Positions 14,221 through 30,126 of a stretch of DNA of 64,000 nucleotides are shown here, one piece after another. Origin of the DNA: Octopus vulgaris (lineage: Eukaryota); the NCBI GenBank assembly GCA_951406725.2, contig OX597842.1:23250001-23314000 (forward strand), given 5' to 3'. Both the position numbers and the translations under genes were made by a program. The notes beneath the pieces were generated by a model. It was given only the letters and a program-made list of their open reading frames with translations, ran no database searches and was not told the origin of the DNA. The first letter of the stretch is position 1. Every line of letters starts with the position of its first letter.

Positions 14221-14869
14221 AGTCGACCTTGGCAGAATCTGAACTCAGAACATAACGATGGACGAAATACTGCTAAGCATTTTGCACAACATTGCAAATA
14301 TTACAACATCGGCTTTGTCATTCATTTAATGTCCATGTTTCTAGTGGTCAGAATCCATTGAGGCATGGAAAGGTTTACTGCCTGACTGGCCCCAAGCCAG
14401 TGTCACATAAAAACACACAGTACACTCTTGGAGTGGTTGGCGTTTGGAAGGGCATCCAGATGTAGAAACATTACCAGATCATTTTGCAACCTGGTGCAGC
14501 CTCCTGATCTGCCAGCCTTCACTCAAACCGTCCGACCTATCCCAGCATTGAAACCAGACATTAAACAACGAGGATGATGATGATGATGTATATAGTGGAA
14601 TCATTTCTACCTTTCTCTCTTTTTTCCTTCTTTTCTTTGTTTTCCTTGCTTCACATGTGAAGTGGGGTGGCTTAGTTGGTAGGGCACTTACCTCACAATT
14701 GCTGAATCTTTACAATTAATTTATGCATATATATCATTCCAACATGTGAACCAATAATCTGGCCCCTTTATTTCTCACTCTCTCTCTCCCTGTGGTTTCC
14801 TCTCACCCCTTTCTCTCGACAAGTGTATGCTTGAAACATGAAACACTTTCCCATTCTTCCTGAGGATAT

Positions 14870-15028
14870 CTTGACCCCCTACTGTGAAAGTTGAGTGACA
14901 TCCCAAGAGAACCAGGTTTAGAGGAGTTTATTTTGGCTTGCACAGATGATATCACTATCAGCGTTACCACAGCAGCATGCCTACATGAAGTGGGTAAGGC
15001 TATCGAGGTTTACAAGACGGTGGCAGGA
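14870..15028 (+). mobile_element. L1/Tx1-like RT relic
   Basis: Translates DPLL*KL...ILACTDDITISVT...IEVYKTVAG, a degenerate YADD context. Confidence 0.5.
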
Positions 15029-15057
15029 TACCCTTCCCCCTAACCCTTATAAATGTG

Positions 15058-15473
15058 GGATCTTTTCGGTTTGACCGGCAGTTTTTAAAATAATTTCCAC
15101 ACAACTAAACACTTTTAAACTTCTAATACTGGTAGAATGTGTTTATAAAACATCTTTTTCTCTTGGCTTTATTGAAAAAAATTCTATACTTTGTAAGATA
15201 TTTGTTGTTTTTTTCTTCAGTTTCTGCAATTTCAACCAATCAATGACGTCTATTGAGATAAAAAACATTCTGTATCGTATGAATATGTCCCTCGTTTAAG
15301 AAACAGATTGGGTTTATTTACATTTCTGAAGAAACAAAGATACCCTTCCCCCACCCCTAACCCTCACCCTAAAACAGATTGAAATGCAATACATCGATAC
15401 TAGGGTCATAATTATGGGTGACAATTTCATATGACACCGCTAGAAAAAACTGCCGTTCAAACCGAAAAGATCC
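15058..15473. mobile_element. GG-TIR MITE copy
   Basis: Both TIRs present; homologous to 894-1302. Confidence 0.75.
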
Positions 15474-15559
15474 GTTGAATTCGTTCCGGTCTTTTTCTTC
15501 GTCGCATTCAGTCAACAACTTCACTTCCAAATTTCCACCAGATTATTATAACAAAGTCT

Positions 15560-15700
15560 ACTCACATATTCTATTCTACGACCGATTCCAGCTCATGACT
15601 TCACCGCAAATACCTTAAGAAATAATCCGTCTTGAGGGTGTGGCATCCTGACCTGACGTCATGCCGTCGCTCTTCCGGTTCCCTCCCCCACAGCATTTCC
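15560..15700 (-). promoter_or_regulatory. Candidate promoter (CRE + ETS motifs) and minus-strand first exon for gene B
   Basis: TGACGTCA at 15654-15661 and CTTCCGG at 15672-15678 in a CpG-richer patch. Minus-strand donor GTGAGT at 15565-15560 faces the B acceptor. Confidence 0.45.
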
Positions 15701-15836
15701 TCTCTTTTCCAATTATTGTCCCTCCTCTCCTCTTGACCCCGATCTAAATAAAACTGCTTCTCTATTCCGCTCATAATCGCCCATTCTGTTGGGTGTGATG
15801 TTCATTCACATTCCTAGTTGGTCTACTGTAGTGGAT

Positions 15837-16464
15837 GGATGTTTTCGGTTTGAACGGCAGTTTTTTAAAATAATTTCCACGTAATTTCCGGCGCAGGAGT
15901 GGTTGTGTGGTAAGTAGCTTTTATATTGTAAATATTATATATATTTCATTGTAAATACCAAAACGTTTTAAGCTACTACACCCTATATGTTTGTCTGAAT
16001 TTGTATGTCCCCTCTATGTAACGCCTTAATGACGAATCTTTCATGAAATAAAGTAGCTTGCTAACCAACCACATGGTTCCGGGTTCAGTCCCACTGTGTG
16101 ACACCTTAAGAAAGTGTCTTCTACTATAGCCTCGGGCCGACCAAAGCCTTCTGAGTGGATTTTGTAGACGGAAACTGAAAGAAGCCCGTCGTATATATAC
16201 GTGTGTGTGTGTGTGTGTGTTTGACCCCGTAGCATTGCTTAACAACTGATGCTGGTGTGTTTATGTCCCCGTAACTTGGCGGTTCGGCAAAATAGACCGA
16301 TAGAATAAGTACTAGGCTTACAAAAAATAAGTCCTGGGGTCGATTTGCTCGACTAAAGGCGGTGCTCCAGCATGGCCCCAGTCAAATGACTGAAACAAGT
16401 AAAAGAGTAAAGAGTAACTAAACACTTAATTAAAAAAAACTGCCGTTCGAACCGAAAAGATCCG
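15837..16464. mobile_element. Short GG-TIR MITE with nested tRNA-derived SINE
   Basis: TIRs at 15837 and 16464; SINE at 15889-16415 inside; same arrangement at 31328-32193. Confidence 0.65.
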
Positions 16465-16479
16465 TACCTAGTAGAGTTT

Positions 16480-16722
16480 TATAGCAGAATATATGAGTAC
16501 ATTTTATTAAAATAATCTGATGAAAATTTGAAGAAATTGGGGTTAATTAAAAACCGGAACGAAACCAAGCAGTCAGTAGATCCATCTATTGGAGAATTGA
16601 AGGAATACAACTTTACAAAGGGAAATAACTTCAACTCCACTTAGCCGCCACCAATTAAATTATTAATTAAGGTGCTTAATTACTGATTATTGATTCGCTG
16701 TTTAAGTCTGAATACGGTAAGT
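16480..16722 (+). promoter_or_regulatory. Putative non-coding exon 1 and donor of gene C
   Basis: ccggaacg...ctattggagaatt...tctgaatacg|GTAAGT (16717). Confidence 0.55.
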
Positions 16723-17619
16723 TGATAAAGATTTACTTTAAGGCTGTAACGGTGATAATAATGCTAATAATGATAATGTAAAGAATAGAATTATGTAACC
16801 CTCTCGATATTACAGTAATTATTTTTCGAAGCGGGAACCTGACAACAATTAAGAAAATATAAAATTTGCTCGTCTTAATTAATAACTTCCAAACTGAAAT
16901 GTTGATCTGTTGTTTAGGAAAACCTATGATCGACTGTTACATGCGATATAAAGGAAATTAATTGGTAAAATGAAAGTAATGTGTCATTATTAATTAGTAA
17001 AAGGTGAGAAGAACGGTTGAAGACTTCCACATTAATTAATTCTGTTGTGTCTGGGAAGAGTCATCCTCTTTTAGTGCCTTATTATTTAACACACACGCCG
17101 ATAAAATTTCGACTTTTTTTTTTTCTGCAATTTTCGTTTTGTCTTGCAACCTTTTCAGTAGTTTTGACTCTGTCCGTTATTTACACTTTTGTTTGTTTGT
17201 GCGGTCGATAAATTAAGTACCTATTTCTTTATTACCCACAAGGTGCTAAACATAGAGGGGACAGGCATAGGTATTAAATCGATTACATCGACCGCAGTGC
17301 GTAACTGGAACTTAATTTATCGACCCCGAAAGGATGAAACATAAAGTCGACCTCGGCGGAATTTGAACTCACAACGTAACGACAGACGAAATACGGCTAC
17401 GGATTTCGCCCGGCGTGCTAACGTTTCTGCCAGGTCGACTCTGCCTTTCATCCTTTCGCGGTCGATAAATTAAGTACCAGTTACGCACTGTGGTCGATGT
17501 AATCGACTTAATCCCTTTGTCTGTCCTATGTTTAGCCCCTTGTGGGTAATAAGGAAACAGATAAAAATTTCAAATTTTGGCCCAGGGCCAGCAACCTTTC
17601 ATGTGAGATATATAGACCC

Positions 17620-18035
17620 CAAGGCGGCGAGCTGGCAGAAACGTTAGCACGCCGGGCGAAATGCTTAGCGGTATTTCGTCTGCGTTACGTTGTGAGTTCA
17701 AATTCCGCCGAGGTCGACTTTGCCTTTCATCCTTTCGGGGTCGATAAATTAAGTACCAGTTACGCACTGGGGTCGATGTAATCGACTTAATACCTATGTC
17801 TGTCCTTGTTTGTCCCCTCTGTGTTTAGCCCCTTGTGGGTAATAAAGAAATAGGTATTTCGTCTGCGTTACGTTGTGAGTTCAAATTCCGCCAAGGTGAA
17901 TTTGCCTTTCATCCATTCGAGGTCGATAAATTAAGTACCAGTAACGCACTGGGGTCGCTGTAATCGACTTAATACCTATGTCTGTCCTTGTTTGTCCCCT
18001 CTGTGTTTAGCCCCTTGTGGGCAATAAAGAAATAA
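17620..18035 (+). mobile_element. tRNA-derived SINE family 2 (Nin/Deu-like central domain), tandem copies
   Basis: ggcgagctggcagaa...gagttcaaattcc...gtcgactttgcctttcatcctttcggggtcgataaattaagtaccag. Other copies at 3040-3260, 14130-14290, 17200-17550, 33140-33430, 48360-48585, 57075-57430 and 57605-57815. Confidence 0.75.
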
Positions 18036-18419
18036 GAATATATGGACTCCAGTATTTCCAGAAAGGAATGAAAGGCAAGATCGACCTCGGCCTTACTTGA
18101 ACTCAGAACCTTCCGCCGAAGTCGAGATTCGACTTAAATTCTTTTCAGAGTGTATAAATAATAACGACGATGATGATGATGATAAGCATTTTTACTTAAG
18201 CATAAGGCCTGTAATTTGGTTGGGAGGTGTAATTCTATTGTATGGAACCCTGCTTCTTATTTTATTGAACTCGAAAGTCTGAAAGGCAAAATGAACCACG
18301 GTGGAATTTGAACTTTCAGAGTAAATCTGATGAGAGTTACATGTGATAGAAAGTAAATAGATAAAAGATTTCGTAGATTAACGGTAATTCAGAATCGTTA
18401 CATGTTCTTTACACTTAAT

Positions 18420-18815
18420 GAATCTTTTCCTTTTGAACGGCAGTTTTCAACACAATTTCTAGTTAACTAAACCCTTTTAAACTTCGTATACTGGTAGAAT
18501 GTGTCAAAATAAAACATTTTTTTCTCTTGGCTTTCTTGAGAAAATTGTAATTTGTTTGTTTAACGTAGTTTCATTTTTTTGAATTTTAACCAATCCTATG
18601 CCCTCTATTGAGCTAAAATAATTTGCTGCGTCTAAAACTGAGACAACATCCTGTAACTAACCCTAACCTAATTTTTTTTTTCTTAATTGTTAAATTAATT
18701 TAATTGTTTATAGAATTATTTTGATTGTTAATTGTTTAAATCACTTTCCATTGCTTTCAGGTTTTTTACATGCGTGACAATTGAATTAATTTAGGCCTTC
18801 AAAAGGAAAAGATCC
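18420..18815. mobile_element. GG-TIR MITE (deleted palindromic type)
   Basis: Same position as the 33806-34409 copy within the duplicated block; TSD cacttaat/catttaat. Confidence 0.7.
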
Positions 18816-20936
18816 CATTTAATTACTGCACAATAAGAGGAAACTTGCCTAATTAATTCTGATAGAATAGCTACAAATCCGTCTGGGGTAAGTACTTAAA
18901 TGTACTCCACCGACTTCGTTTTCTCGTCACTTTCTGAAAAATTGGTGTTTTTAAATGAAATCTCTAAAAGAAGTACTCCAGCATGGCTACAGTCCCTGGG
19001 TAAAACAGTTACTGACACTCTGTGTTTTAGTTTAGCCAATCAACTGAAAAGCCTGCTCATGGAATTGACATTCAAATGGCTGAGCATTCTTTCTGAAAAA
19101 TCGGTATTTTTAAATCATCATCATCATCGTTTAACATCCGTTTTCCGTGCGAGCATGGGTTGGACGGTTCGACCAGGGTCTGGGAAGCCTGGAGGCTGCA
19201 CCAGGCTCCAGTTTGATCTGGCAGTGTTTCTACGGCTGGATGCCCTTCCTAACGCCAACCACTCCGTGAGTGTAGTGGGTGCTTTTTACATGCCACCTGC
19301 ACAGGTGCCAGACGAGGCTGGCAAACGCCCACGATCGGTTGGTGCTTTTTACGTGCCACCAGTACAGGGGCCAGACGAGGCTGGCAAACACCAACGATTG
19401 GTTGGTGCTTTTTACGTGCCGCCGGCATGGGGGCCAGACGAGGCTGGCAAACGGCCACCAACGGATGGTGCTTTTTACATGCCACCAGTACAGGGGCCAG
19501 ACGAGGCTGGCAATGGCCACGAAATCTCCTATTACTTTATTTCAGATGATTACAGTTTTAATACTTTTCAGATGGTGCAGTTTGTGATTATATCCGAATT
19601 TGTTATGAAAACCTGCTTTCGGGGCCTGTGCAGTGCAGAAGAATTTCATTTGATTCACACGCATCAGTCTCATTTCGTTATAATTTACTCAAAAATTTGT
19701 GTTCTAATGAAATTTTGTAAAAGGTACCATTCGAGTGGTATAGATTACGATTGCATCGGAATTTGTTGTGAAAACCTTTCTCTCTCTCTTTTCAACAAAT
19801 TCAAAAGTATCTCATCCTCTGCAGGTCGTTTAGTATGCTAGAAACAGCAGTCATTACATGGCTTTATCCTAAGACCTGTAGCATGACAAACCTTTCCTTT
19901 TAGGTACATTTATTTGTGGGATTAATAAAAAGTACTCCAGCATGGCCACAGTCCCTGGGTGACACAGTAAGTGACACTCTGTGTTTTAGTTTAGCCAATC
20001 AACTGAAAAGCCGGCTCATGGAATTAACATGCAAATGGCTGAGTATTCCACAGACATGGGGACTCTTGATATAGTCTTCAGTGAGGCACAGCATGACACA
20101 GATGGTGAGAAGACTGGCCCTTTGAATTACAGGTGAAACTCATTTTTGACACCTGAGTGGACTTATTGCAAAGTGAAATAAAATGGCTTGGAGACTCATT
20201 GCCCCACTGTGTATCGAACTCACAACTTTACAATTGTGAGTGAAATACCCTAACCACTAAGCCATGCCACTTCACAGGTGAAACAAGTGAAAGGAGAGAA
20301 GAGAAAGAAAAGAGATAAATAATTAGAGAAATGTGGAAGCGATTCATCTATATACAGAATGTTGTAAAAGTTTCAATGCCTCAATGGATTCTGACCCATG
20401 CAAACGTAGATATTAAATGGATGACAATTGATGTCGTAAAATTGAATTACTCTGTTGTTTAACTATCCATTTTATCTTACTGCCTCTTTTCTTATTTCAG
20501 ATTATCACATCGTGTCAACATAAAAGAAATTTCTTCATTCAGATGTGCCTCTGATGTTTTTATTGACTTTCCTTGACTGAAGGACGTCCACGTATTAACA
20601 AGAAACATTCATCAATACATCAAACTCTTAATATAAATTTGATCTTTGACAAATGACGGGAAAAAACTTCTGAACATTGTATTTCACAACATTTTTTTCT
20701 TCACTGTCTCGAATGTGGAGGAGATTATCAATTAACAGGTTAATTAACATTGGATAACTTTACAAAAGATTTGACAGTTTTCATTTTCTATTTTAGACAT
20801 TGAGTAAAATCAAAAACGAAAGAAACATAACGTTAAATTCTTCTCTGGAAATAGTGACACAACTAAACACTAACATCCACAGAATTTGGAAAAACACACT
20901 ATTATTGTGATATTTATGAGAAATTATTCTCTCATA

Positions 20937-22433
20937 ATGAATAATTTGACTAAACCTAAACCTCTTGATACAAGAGAGAAACCATATCATTGTGATATCT
21001 GTGGTAAGTCATTCGGTGAAGAAAGGGTCTTAACCAAACACAAATGCATTGATACAGGAGAGAAATCACATCACTGTGATGTATGTGGAAGATCATTCTC
21101 TAAAAGGGTTTCTTTGACTTGTCACGAACGTATTCATACTGGGGAAAAACCACATCATTGTGATATCTGTGGTAAATCATTCTCTCAAAGTGCTTCTTTG
21201 ACTAAACACAAACGTATTCATACTGGGGAAAAACCATATCACTGTGATATCTGTGGCAAATTATTTTCTTGGTCTTGTTCCTTGAAATCACACAAATATA
21301 CTCATACAGGAGAGAAGCCATATCACTGTGATATCTGTGGTAAATCATTCTCTCAAAGGGGTAACTTGACTTATCACAAACGTATTCATACTGGGGAAAA
21401 ACCATATCAGTGTGATATTTGTGGTAAATTATTTTCTAGGTCTGGTCCCTTGAAATCACACAAACGTGTTCATACAGGAGAGAAGCCATATCACTGTGAT
21501 ATTTGTGGTAAATCATTCTCTCAAAGGGGTAACTTGACTTATCACACATACACACATACAGGAGAGAAGCCATTTCATGGTGATATTTGTGATAAATCTT
21601 TCACTAGCAGTAGTCAATTAATTCGTCACAAACGCATTCATACTGGGGAAAAACCACATCACTGTGATATCTGTGGTAAGTCATTCTCTCAAAATAGTAA
21701 TTTAACTAGTCACAAACGTATTCATACTGAGGAAAAACCATATCAGTGTGATATCTGTGGTAAGTCATTTTCTGAGTCTGGTTCCTTGATAAGACACAAA
21801 CGTGTTCATACAGGAGAGAAACCATATCACTGTGATATTTGTGGTTGGTCATTCTCTGACGGGAGTGCATTGACTAGACACACAATCACACATACAGGAG
21901 AGAAGCCATTTCGTTGTGATATTTGTGATAAATCGTTTTCCAGAAACAGTGAATTGATTTGTCACAAACGCATTCATACTGGGGAAAATCCATACCAATG
22001 TGATATCTGCGGTAAATCGTTTACCAGAAATAACACTCTCACTCGTCACAAACGTATTCATACTGGGGAAAAACCATATCAGTGTGATATCTGTGGTAAA
22101 TCATTCTTTCAAGGTGGCGACATATCTAGACATAAACGTACTCATACAGGTGAAAAGCCATACCATTGTAATATCTGTGGTAGATCATTTTCTGGAAGTA
22201 GTGACTTGATTAAACACAAACGTATTCATACAGGAGAGAAACCATATCATTGTAATGTCTGTGGTAAATTATTCTCTGAAAATTCTTGTTTGACTAGACA
22301 CAAACGTGTTCATACAGGAGAGAGGCCATATCATTGTAATATCTGTGGTAAATCATTCTCCCGAAATGCGGGCTTGTCTAATCACATACGTACCCATACG
22401 GGGAAGAAGCCACATAATTGTGATATCTGGTGA
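20937..22433 (+). CDS. C2H2 zinc-finger protein, 17 fingers, two degenerate (gene C)
   Basis: ORF 20886..22433. Start MNNLTKPK at 20937; acceptor cttatttcAG ends at 20500; ends CDIW*. Confidence 0.9.
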   Translation: MNNLTKPKPLDTREKPYHCDICGKSFGEERVLTKHKCIDTGEKSHHCDVCGRSFSKRVSLTCHERIHTGEKPHHCDICGKSFSQSASLTKHKRIHTGEKPYHCDICGKLFSWSCSLKSHKYTHTGEKPYHCDICGKSFSQRGNLTYHKRIHTGEKPYQCDICGKLFSRSGPLKSHKRVHTGEKPYHCDICGKSFSQRGNLTYHTYTHTGEKPFHGDICDKSFTSSSQLIRHKRIHTGEKPHHCDICGKSFSQNSNLTSHKRIHTEEKPYQCDICGKSFSESGSLIRHKRVHTGEKPYHCDICGWSFSDGSALTRHTITHTGEKPFRCDICDKSFSRNSELICHKRIHTGENPYQCDICGKSFTRNNTLTRHKRIHTGEKPYQCDICGKSFFQGGDISRHKRTHTGEKPYHCNICGRSFSGSSDLIKHKRIHTGEKPYHCNVCGKLFSENSCLTRHKRVHTGERPYHCNICGKSFSRNAGLSNHIRTHTGKKPHNCDIW

Positions 22434-23699
22434 ATCATTCCCTAGCAATAGTAACAAACCTATTCATACTGGGGGGAAAAACCATATCATTGTGATATTT
22501 GTGGTGAGTCATTCTCTGTAAATGGCCTCTTAAGTACAAGTGTGAGTATTCATACACAAGTGTAACTGTATATACATCAAAATTTATTACAACAGGACAA
22601 CGATTATGAATATTTTGTCTGCTAAAAGACAGGGTTTATTCCTCTCCAAGTTTGACATTATCAACTTCAGTTTCTTGGATGTCAACGTGAAATTCATGAA
22701 TCACAACTTCAATATCATTTATATATCTAAATATATCAACACAGAAATGACTTTGGTTTCTGAAGATGATTGTGCTGGATTTTTGAAGAATTTGTTATGA
22801 GGGAATAAGAAATAAAAGTTTTAAGTGACATTGATTTTGTCTTTGTTGTGTTTTCATCATCATCCTCATCCTTCTTCTTCTTCTTCAGTGTCCATTTTCT
22901 TTGCAGGCTTGGGTGGGAAAGTGTGACATGCTGGTAAGCCAGAGTGCTTCTCCAGTTTCCTCTCAGATTTGGCTGTATGCCCTTAAGATACGAGGCATAT
23001 TCTATTAATATGCCTGTTCAAGTACCGTAATAGCACGAAACTAGTAGTAGCCCTTTCAATTGTGTATTTAATTTGATATATGTATGTGTGTGTGAACATG
23101 ATGTCAGTCTGATAACTAAAATAAATGTATACAAATCTTGTATTTCAAGCATATTTCTGAATGGGGCAGTAGCATGGACTCCCTTTTGCAGACAAAAAAA
23201 ACTTGAAACTTTTCACTTGTGTGCAACATATGCAGCAAGATAAGATCTTGTCAACAAGTTCAACAAGACCTTCCGGTGGTGTAGCTGTCACTTGTAAACC
23301 CGTATGGCTTTATTTACGTTTCTGAAGAAAAAAGAAACCCTTCCCCCCACACCAAACCCTGATCCCACAATATTTTATTCATACGAATGTGACTGATATG
23401 AAATGACAAACTAAATGGAGACTGCAGGAAGTTGTTGTTGGTAAACAACAGCAGAAATTGTATTCACCTCAATAGACGTCATTGATTGGTTGAAATTGCC
23501 GAAATGCAAGAAATTTATTAACAAATAGCTTATAAACTACAGAATTTTCTCAAGAAAGCCAAGAGAAAAAGATGTTTTATGTAACACATTCTACCAGTAT
23601 ACGAAGGTTAAAAGTGTTTATTTACAAAGAAATTATGTTTTAAATCTGGCGGTCAAAGTGAAAAGATTCCAGGCTTGTTTTCGAGGCTACAGCTCTCTA

Positions 23700-23918
23700 T
23701 AAAAACTCAACTTTTCTGGTGAAAATTTGAAAACTCTTCAAGATGAAGATGTTCACAGAATGGGACAGTAGAGTCATCTGTTGGAGAATAAAAGAAATAC
23801 AACCAGCTAAAGGGAAATAACTTCTACAACATTCAAACCACGTGGTCCTTGTAAATTATTAAAGAAGGTACTTTATTACTGATCACTGACTCGTTGTTTG
23901 TATCTGAATACGGTAAGT
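23700..23918 (+). promoter_or_regulatory. Putative non-coding exon 1 and donor of gene D
   Basis: Same module, tctgaatacg|GTAAGT (23913). Confidence 0.55.
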
Positions 23919-26469
23919 TGACAAAGATTTATTTTAAGATTGTAAAGGTGATACTACTACTACTACTACTAATAATAATAATGATAATGTAATAATAGGA
24001 TTAAGTAATTATTTCGAAGCTGAAACTTAAAATTAGGAAAATATATTTGCTCGTCTTAATTAATAACTTCCAAACTGAAATGTTGATCCGTTGTTTATGG
24101 AAACCTATGATTGACTGTTACATGTGATATAAAGGAAATTAACGGGTAAAATGGAAGTAATATGGCATATTTAATTAGTAAAATTCGAGGAAGAATACCA
24201 CGTTAATTAATGCTGTCCTGTTGTTTATGAGGCATTGATAATAAGATTTAGTTTAATGTTATATTAATAATAGTGATGATGATGATGATTTCAAATTTTG
24301 GCCCAAGGCCAGGAATCTTTCATGCAAGTGAGGGGAGTAGAATATATGGGACTTAGTATTTCCCGAAAGGGATGAAGGCGAAGTCGACCTTGGCCGTATT
24401 TAAACTCAGGACTTTCTGCCGAAGTCGACATTTCACTTAAATTCGTTTCTGAGTCCATAAATAATAATGAAGATAATGATAAGGGCCTGTAATTTGGAGG
24501 GGAGACGTAATTCTATTGCCTGTACCCTAGTTCTTTTTATTGACCTCGAAAGGATGACAGGCAAAGTGAACCTCGTTGGAATTTGAACTTTCAGAGTAAA
24601 GACGGACGAGTGTTACTTGTGATATGAAGTAAATTGATAAAAGATTTGGTAGATTAACGGTAATTCAGGATTGGCAGATGTTCCTTACATTTAATTACTG
24701 CATAATGAGAGAAAAGGTGCCTAATTAATTTTGATAGAATAACTAAAAGTCTGTGGCGTATAAGTACATAAACGTGCCCCGCTGACTTCTCACTTTCTGA
24801 GAAATCGTTTTTTTTTTTTGTTTTTTCTAATGGAATCTCCTATGACTATATTTTAGAGGATGACAGTTATAATACTTTTCAGACGGTGTAGTTTGTGATT
24901 ATATCAGAATTTGTTGTGGAAACCATTATTCTGAGCCAGTTTAATGAAGGAGAGTTTCACATGATTCAAAAGCCTCAGTTTTGTTTCCTCAATCACCAAC
25001 ATCGGATTTCAAGCAGTGAGTGAGGGTTTGGCGGAAAAACACACACATTGATATATATGTGTATATGTATACAGGATCGGCTTTTTTCAAATTCCATTTA
25101 CCAAATCCACTCACAAGACTTTGGTCAGCCCAAGCGTGTAGTAGAAACGTTGTGCCCAATTTGTCACGTACTGGGACTGTACCTAGAACTATGTAGTTGA
25201 GAAACGAGCTTCATACAACAAACCTGCTAATGGTTTTAAACTACACTCAATGTCATTGTTACACTGTCTCTTGTTAATTATTGAGCATCCTAAATTTTTG
25301 AGGTTATTGTGCTTGCTGTGTAAAATTATAGATGTGTGCATGTGTATCTCTCTTTCTCTCTCTCCCTTTCTGAATATGTATTATGTATATGTATACATGC
25401 TCCAGCATGGTCGCAGTCAAATGACAGAAACAAGTAAAAGAACATATCGTCATCATCTTCCTTGTTGTCATTGTTTAATGTCTGCAGAGAAGCAGAAATG
25501 TGCAGGGCTGGGTCAGGCTGCAATGTCATCTTTACAATGGTTTCTACTGCTAGATGCCCTTCCTAATGCCAACCACAGAATGTACTGGGTGCTTTTTATG
25601 TGCCGCCAGCATCAGTCAAGATGCTGGGAGCAGGTGTGGCTATGAGGTAAGAAGTTTGCTTCCCAACCCATTCTTGCAGTTTGGGTAAGTAAGTGTCTCC
25701 CATGATGGCCTTGGGTCAACTAAAACCTTGTGAGTGGATGTGGTTGATGGAAACTGGAGGAAGCATATCATATGTAGATATTTATATCATCATCATCATT
25801 GTTTAATGTCCACCTTCCATGCTAGTGTGACTGGGATAGTTTGAGAGGAACCGACCAGACGTAAGCCTGCACCAGACTGCAGTGAGTGTTTTACCAGGAT
25901 TTTTACTGCCTCAATGGATTCTGACTCCTGCAAACATAGATATTAAGTGGATGACAGTGTTGATGTTGTAAGATTTTCAATGTTGAATTACTATGTTGTT
26001 TAACGATTCTCTTTATCTCACTGCTTCTTTTTTTTCTATTTCAGAATATAACATCAAGTTGACGTGAAAGAAATCTCTTCATTTAGACATGTCTCTGATA
26101 TTTTGATTGAGTTTCATCAATAAAAGGAAGACCATATATTCATAAGGCACATTCATCAACGCATCAACTTCTTTGTATAAATCTTCAACCAGTGATGGGA
26201 AAATACTTCTTCTGGACATTGTATTTAACAGCAACGTTCTTTTGTCTTCACTGTCTGGAATGTGGAGATTAATAATTTCCAGGTTAATTAATCTTGGATA
26301 CCTTTACAAAAGAGTTAACAGTTTACATCTTGTGTTTTAGATATTAAGTAAGATCACTGATTGGAGAAACATAACATTAAACTATTCTCTGACACATCTG
26401 AACACAAACACTCTTAGAAATGCAAAAAGAACTACCATTGTGTTATGTATGAAAAATTATTATCTCACG

Positions 26470-28586
<2,117 letters not shown>

Positions 28587-29737
28587 TAACCGTATCAATA
28601 TTAAAATTTATGACAACAGGACAGCGATTATGAATATTTTGTCTGCTAAAAGACAGGGCTTATTCCTCTTCAAGCTTGACATTATCAACTTCAGTTTCTT
28701 GGATGTCAACATGAAATTCATGACTCACAATTTCAATATCATATATATATCATGTATATATCTAAATATATCAACACAGAGATGACTTTGATTACTGAAG
28801 AGGATTGTGCTGGATTTTTGAGGAATTTGTTATGAGAGAATAAAGGAATGGGAATAAGGAATAAAAGTTTTGAGTGACATTGATTTTGTCTTTGTTGTGT
28901 TTTCGTCATCATCATCATCCTTTAACGTTTTCTATGCAGGATCAGGTGGGAAAGTGTTACAAGAGCTGTCAAGCCAGAGTACTGCTCCAGATTTGGCTGT
29001 ATGCCCTTAAGATACATGGTGTGTTTTATAAATGTCCCTCTGCAAGTATCATGCTAACATGAAACCAGTAGTAGCTCTTTTGGTTTTGGATTTAATTTCA
29101 TGTGTGTGTGAACATGATGTCAGTCTAATTACAAAAATAGGTGTACACAAAACTTGTATACAAATCTTCTTGAGGGAAAGAAAAAAAAAAAATTGAAACT
29201 TTTCACAATTGCCATTTACACTCCATATGCTACAAAATTGCAAGATAAGATATCCGATGTGAAAATCTTAGAAAAGTGTAATATGTCCAGCATCCAAAGC
29301 ATCATCATCATCATCGTTTAGTGTCCACTTTCCATGCTAGCATGGGTTGTACGGTTCAATTTGGGTCTGGGAAGCCTGAAGGCTGCACCAGGCCCAGTCT
29401 GATCTGGCAATGTTTCTACAGCTGGATACTTTTCCTAACGCCAACCACTCCGTGTGTGTAGTGGGTGCTTTTTACGTGCCACTGGCACGAGACCAGTCGG
29501 GCCGGCGCTGGCAACAGCCACGTTCGGATGGTTCTCTTACGTGCCACCGGCACTGGTATCACAGCTGCAATTTCCATTGATGTTGGTCGATTTCGATTCT
29601 CATATTGCCTCAACAGGTCTTCACAAGTAGAGTTTTGCGTCCCAAGAAGGAAAGGTATGCATAAGTGGGCTGGCTACATCCCATGTAGAGGCCACGAGTT
29701 ATGGTGTCACTTGTATACTGATGAGAATTCAGTGTAG

Positions 29738-29940
29738 ATGGTTAGGACATGTTTTCGAAATGGAAAATGACTGCATTACAAAAATTCTTCAGTGAGTCCA
29801 ACAAATAGAGGGATATCATGACAGCCTGGCCTTAGGTATAAGGATAAGCTGAAGCAATAAATAAGCTCTCTAGAGCTTGATTTGACATGTTGGGAAAGTC
29901 ATTGCCTAGATCCATTTGCATGGCATAAAAATCTTGGTCC
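29738..29940 (+). mobile_element. RTE-like LINE C-terminal relic
   Basis: Degenerate RWLGHV..MEND..TK...LRYKDKLK...WE...D..AW pattern. Confidence 0.55.
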
Positions 29941-30126
29941 TAATCACCTGATTTAAGTGTATTTACACCATTTCTGCATTTTCAACCGATCACTGACGTC
30001 CATTGAGGTAAAAAAACATTCTGTGCCGTATGAATATGTCCTCGTTTAAGAAACAGATTGGGTTTATTTACACTTGCAAAGAAAAAAAGATACCCTTCCC
30101 CCACCACTAACCCTAACCCTAACTAA

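Larger units (their letters stand above)
15058..22870 (+). repeat. Segmental duplication unit (promoter to gene C), direct copy at about 30127-37660 (gene E)
   Basis: Collinear matches, e.g. 15474 gttgaattcgttc = 30966; shared MITE and SINE insertions; near-identical introns. Confidence 0.85.

Noticed and set aside
15889-16100. tRNA-like A/B boxes
   Set aside because: These are heads of multi-copy SINEs; no complete cloverleaf is evident.
19270-19520. Regularly spaced ~60-bp repeats resembling a CRISPR array
   Set aside because: The context is eukaryotic, the 'spacers' are homologous to each other and there are no cas genes. They are internal SINE repeats.
18900-19841. 313-aa ORF with repeated VGAFYVPP motifs
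   Set aside because: It runs through a family-3 SINE and its internal repeats inside C's intron, and the SINE is absent from the paralogous E intron.
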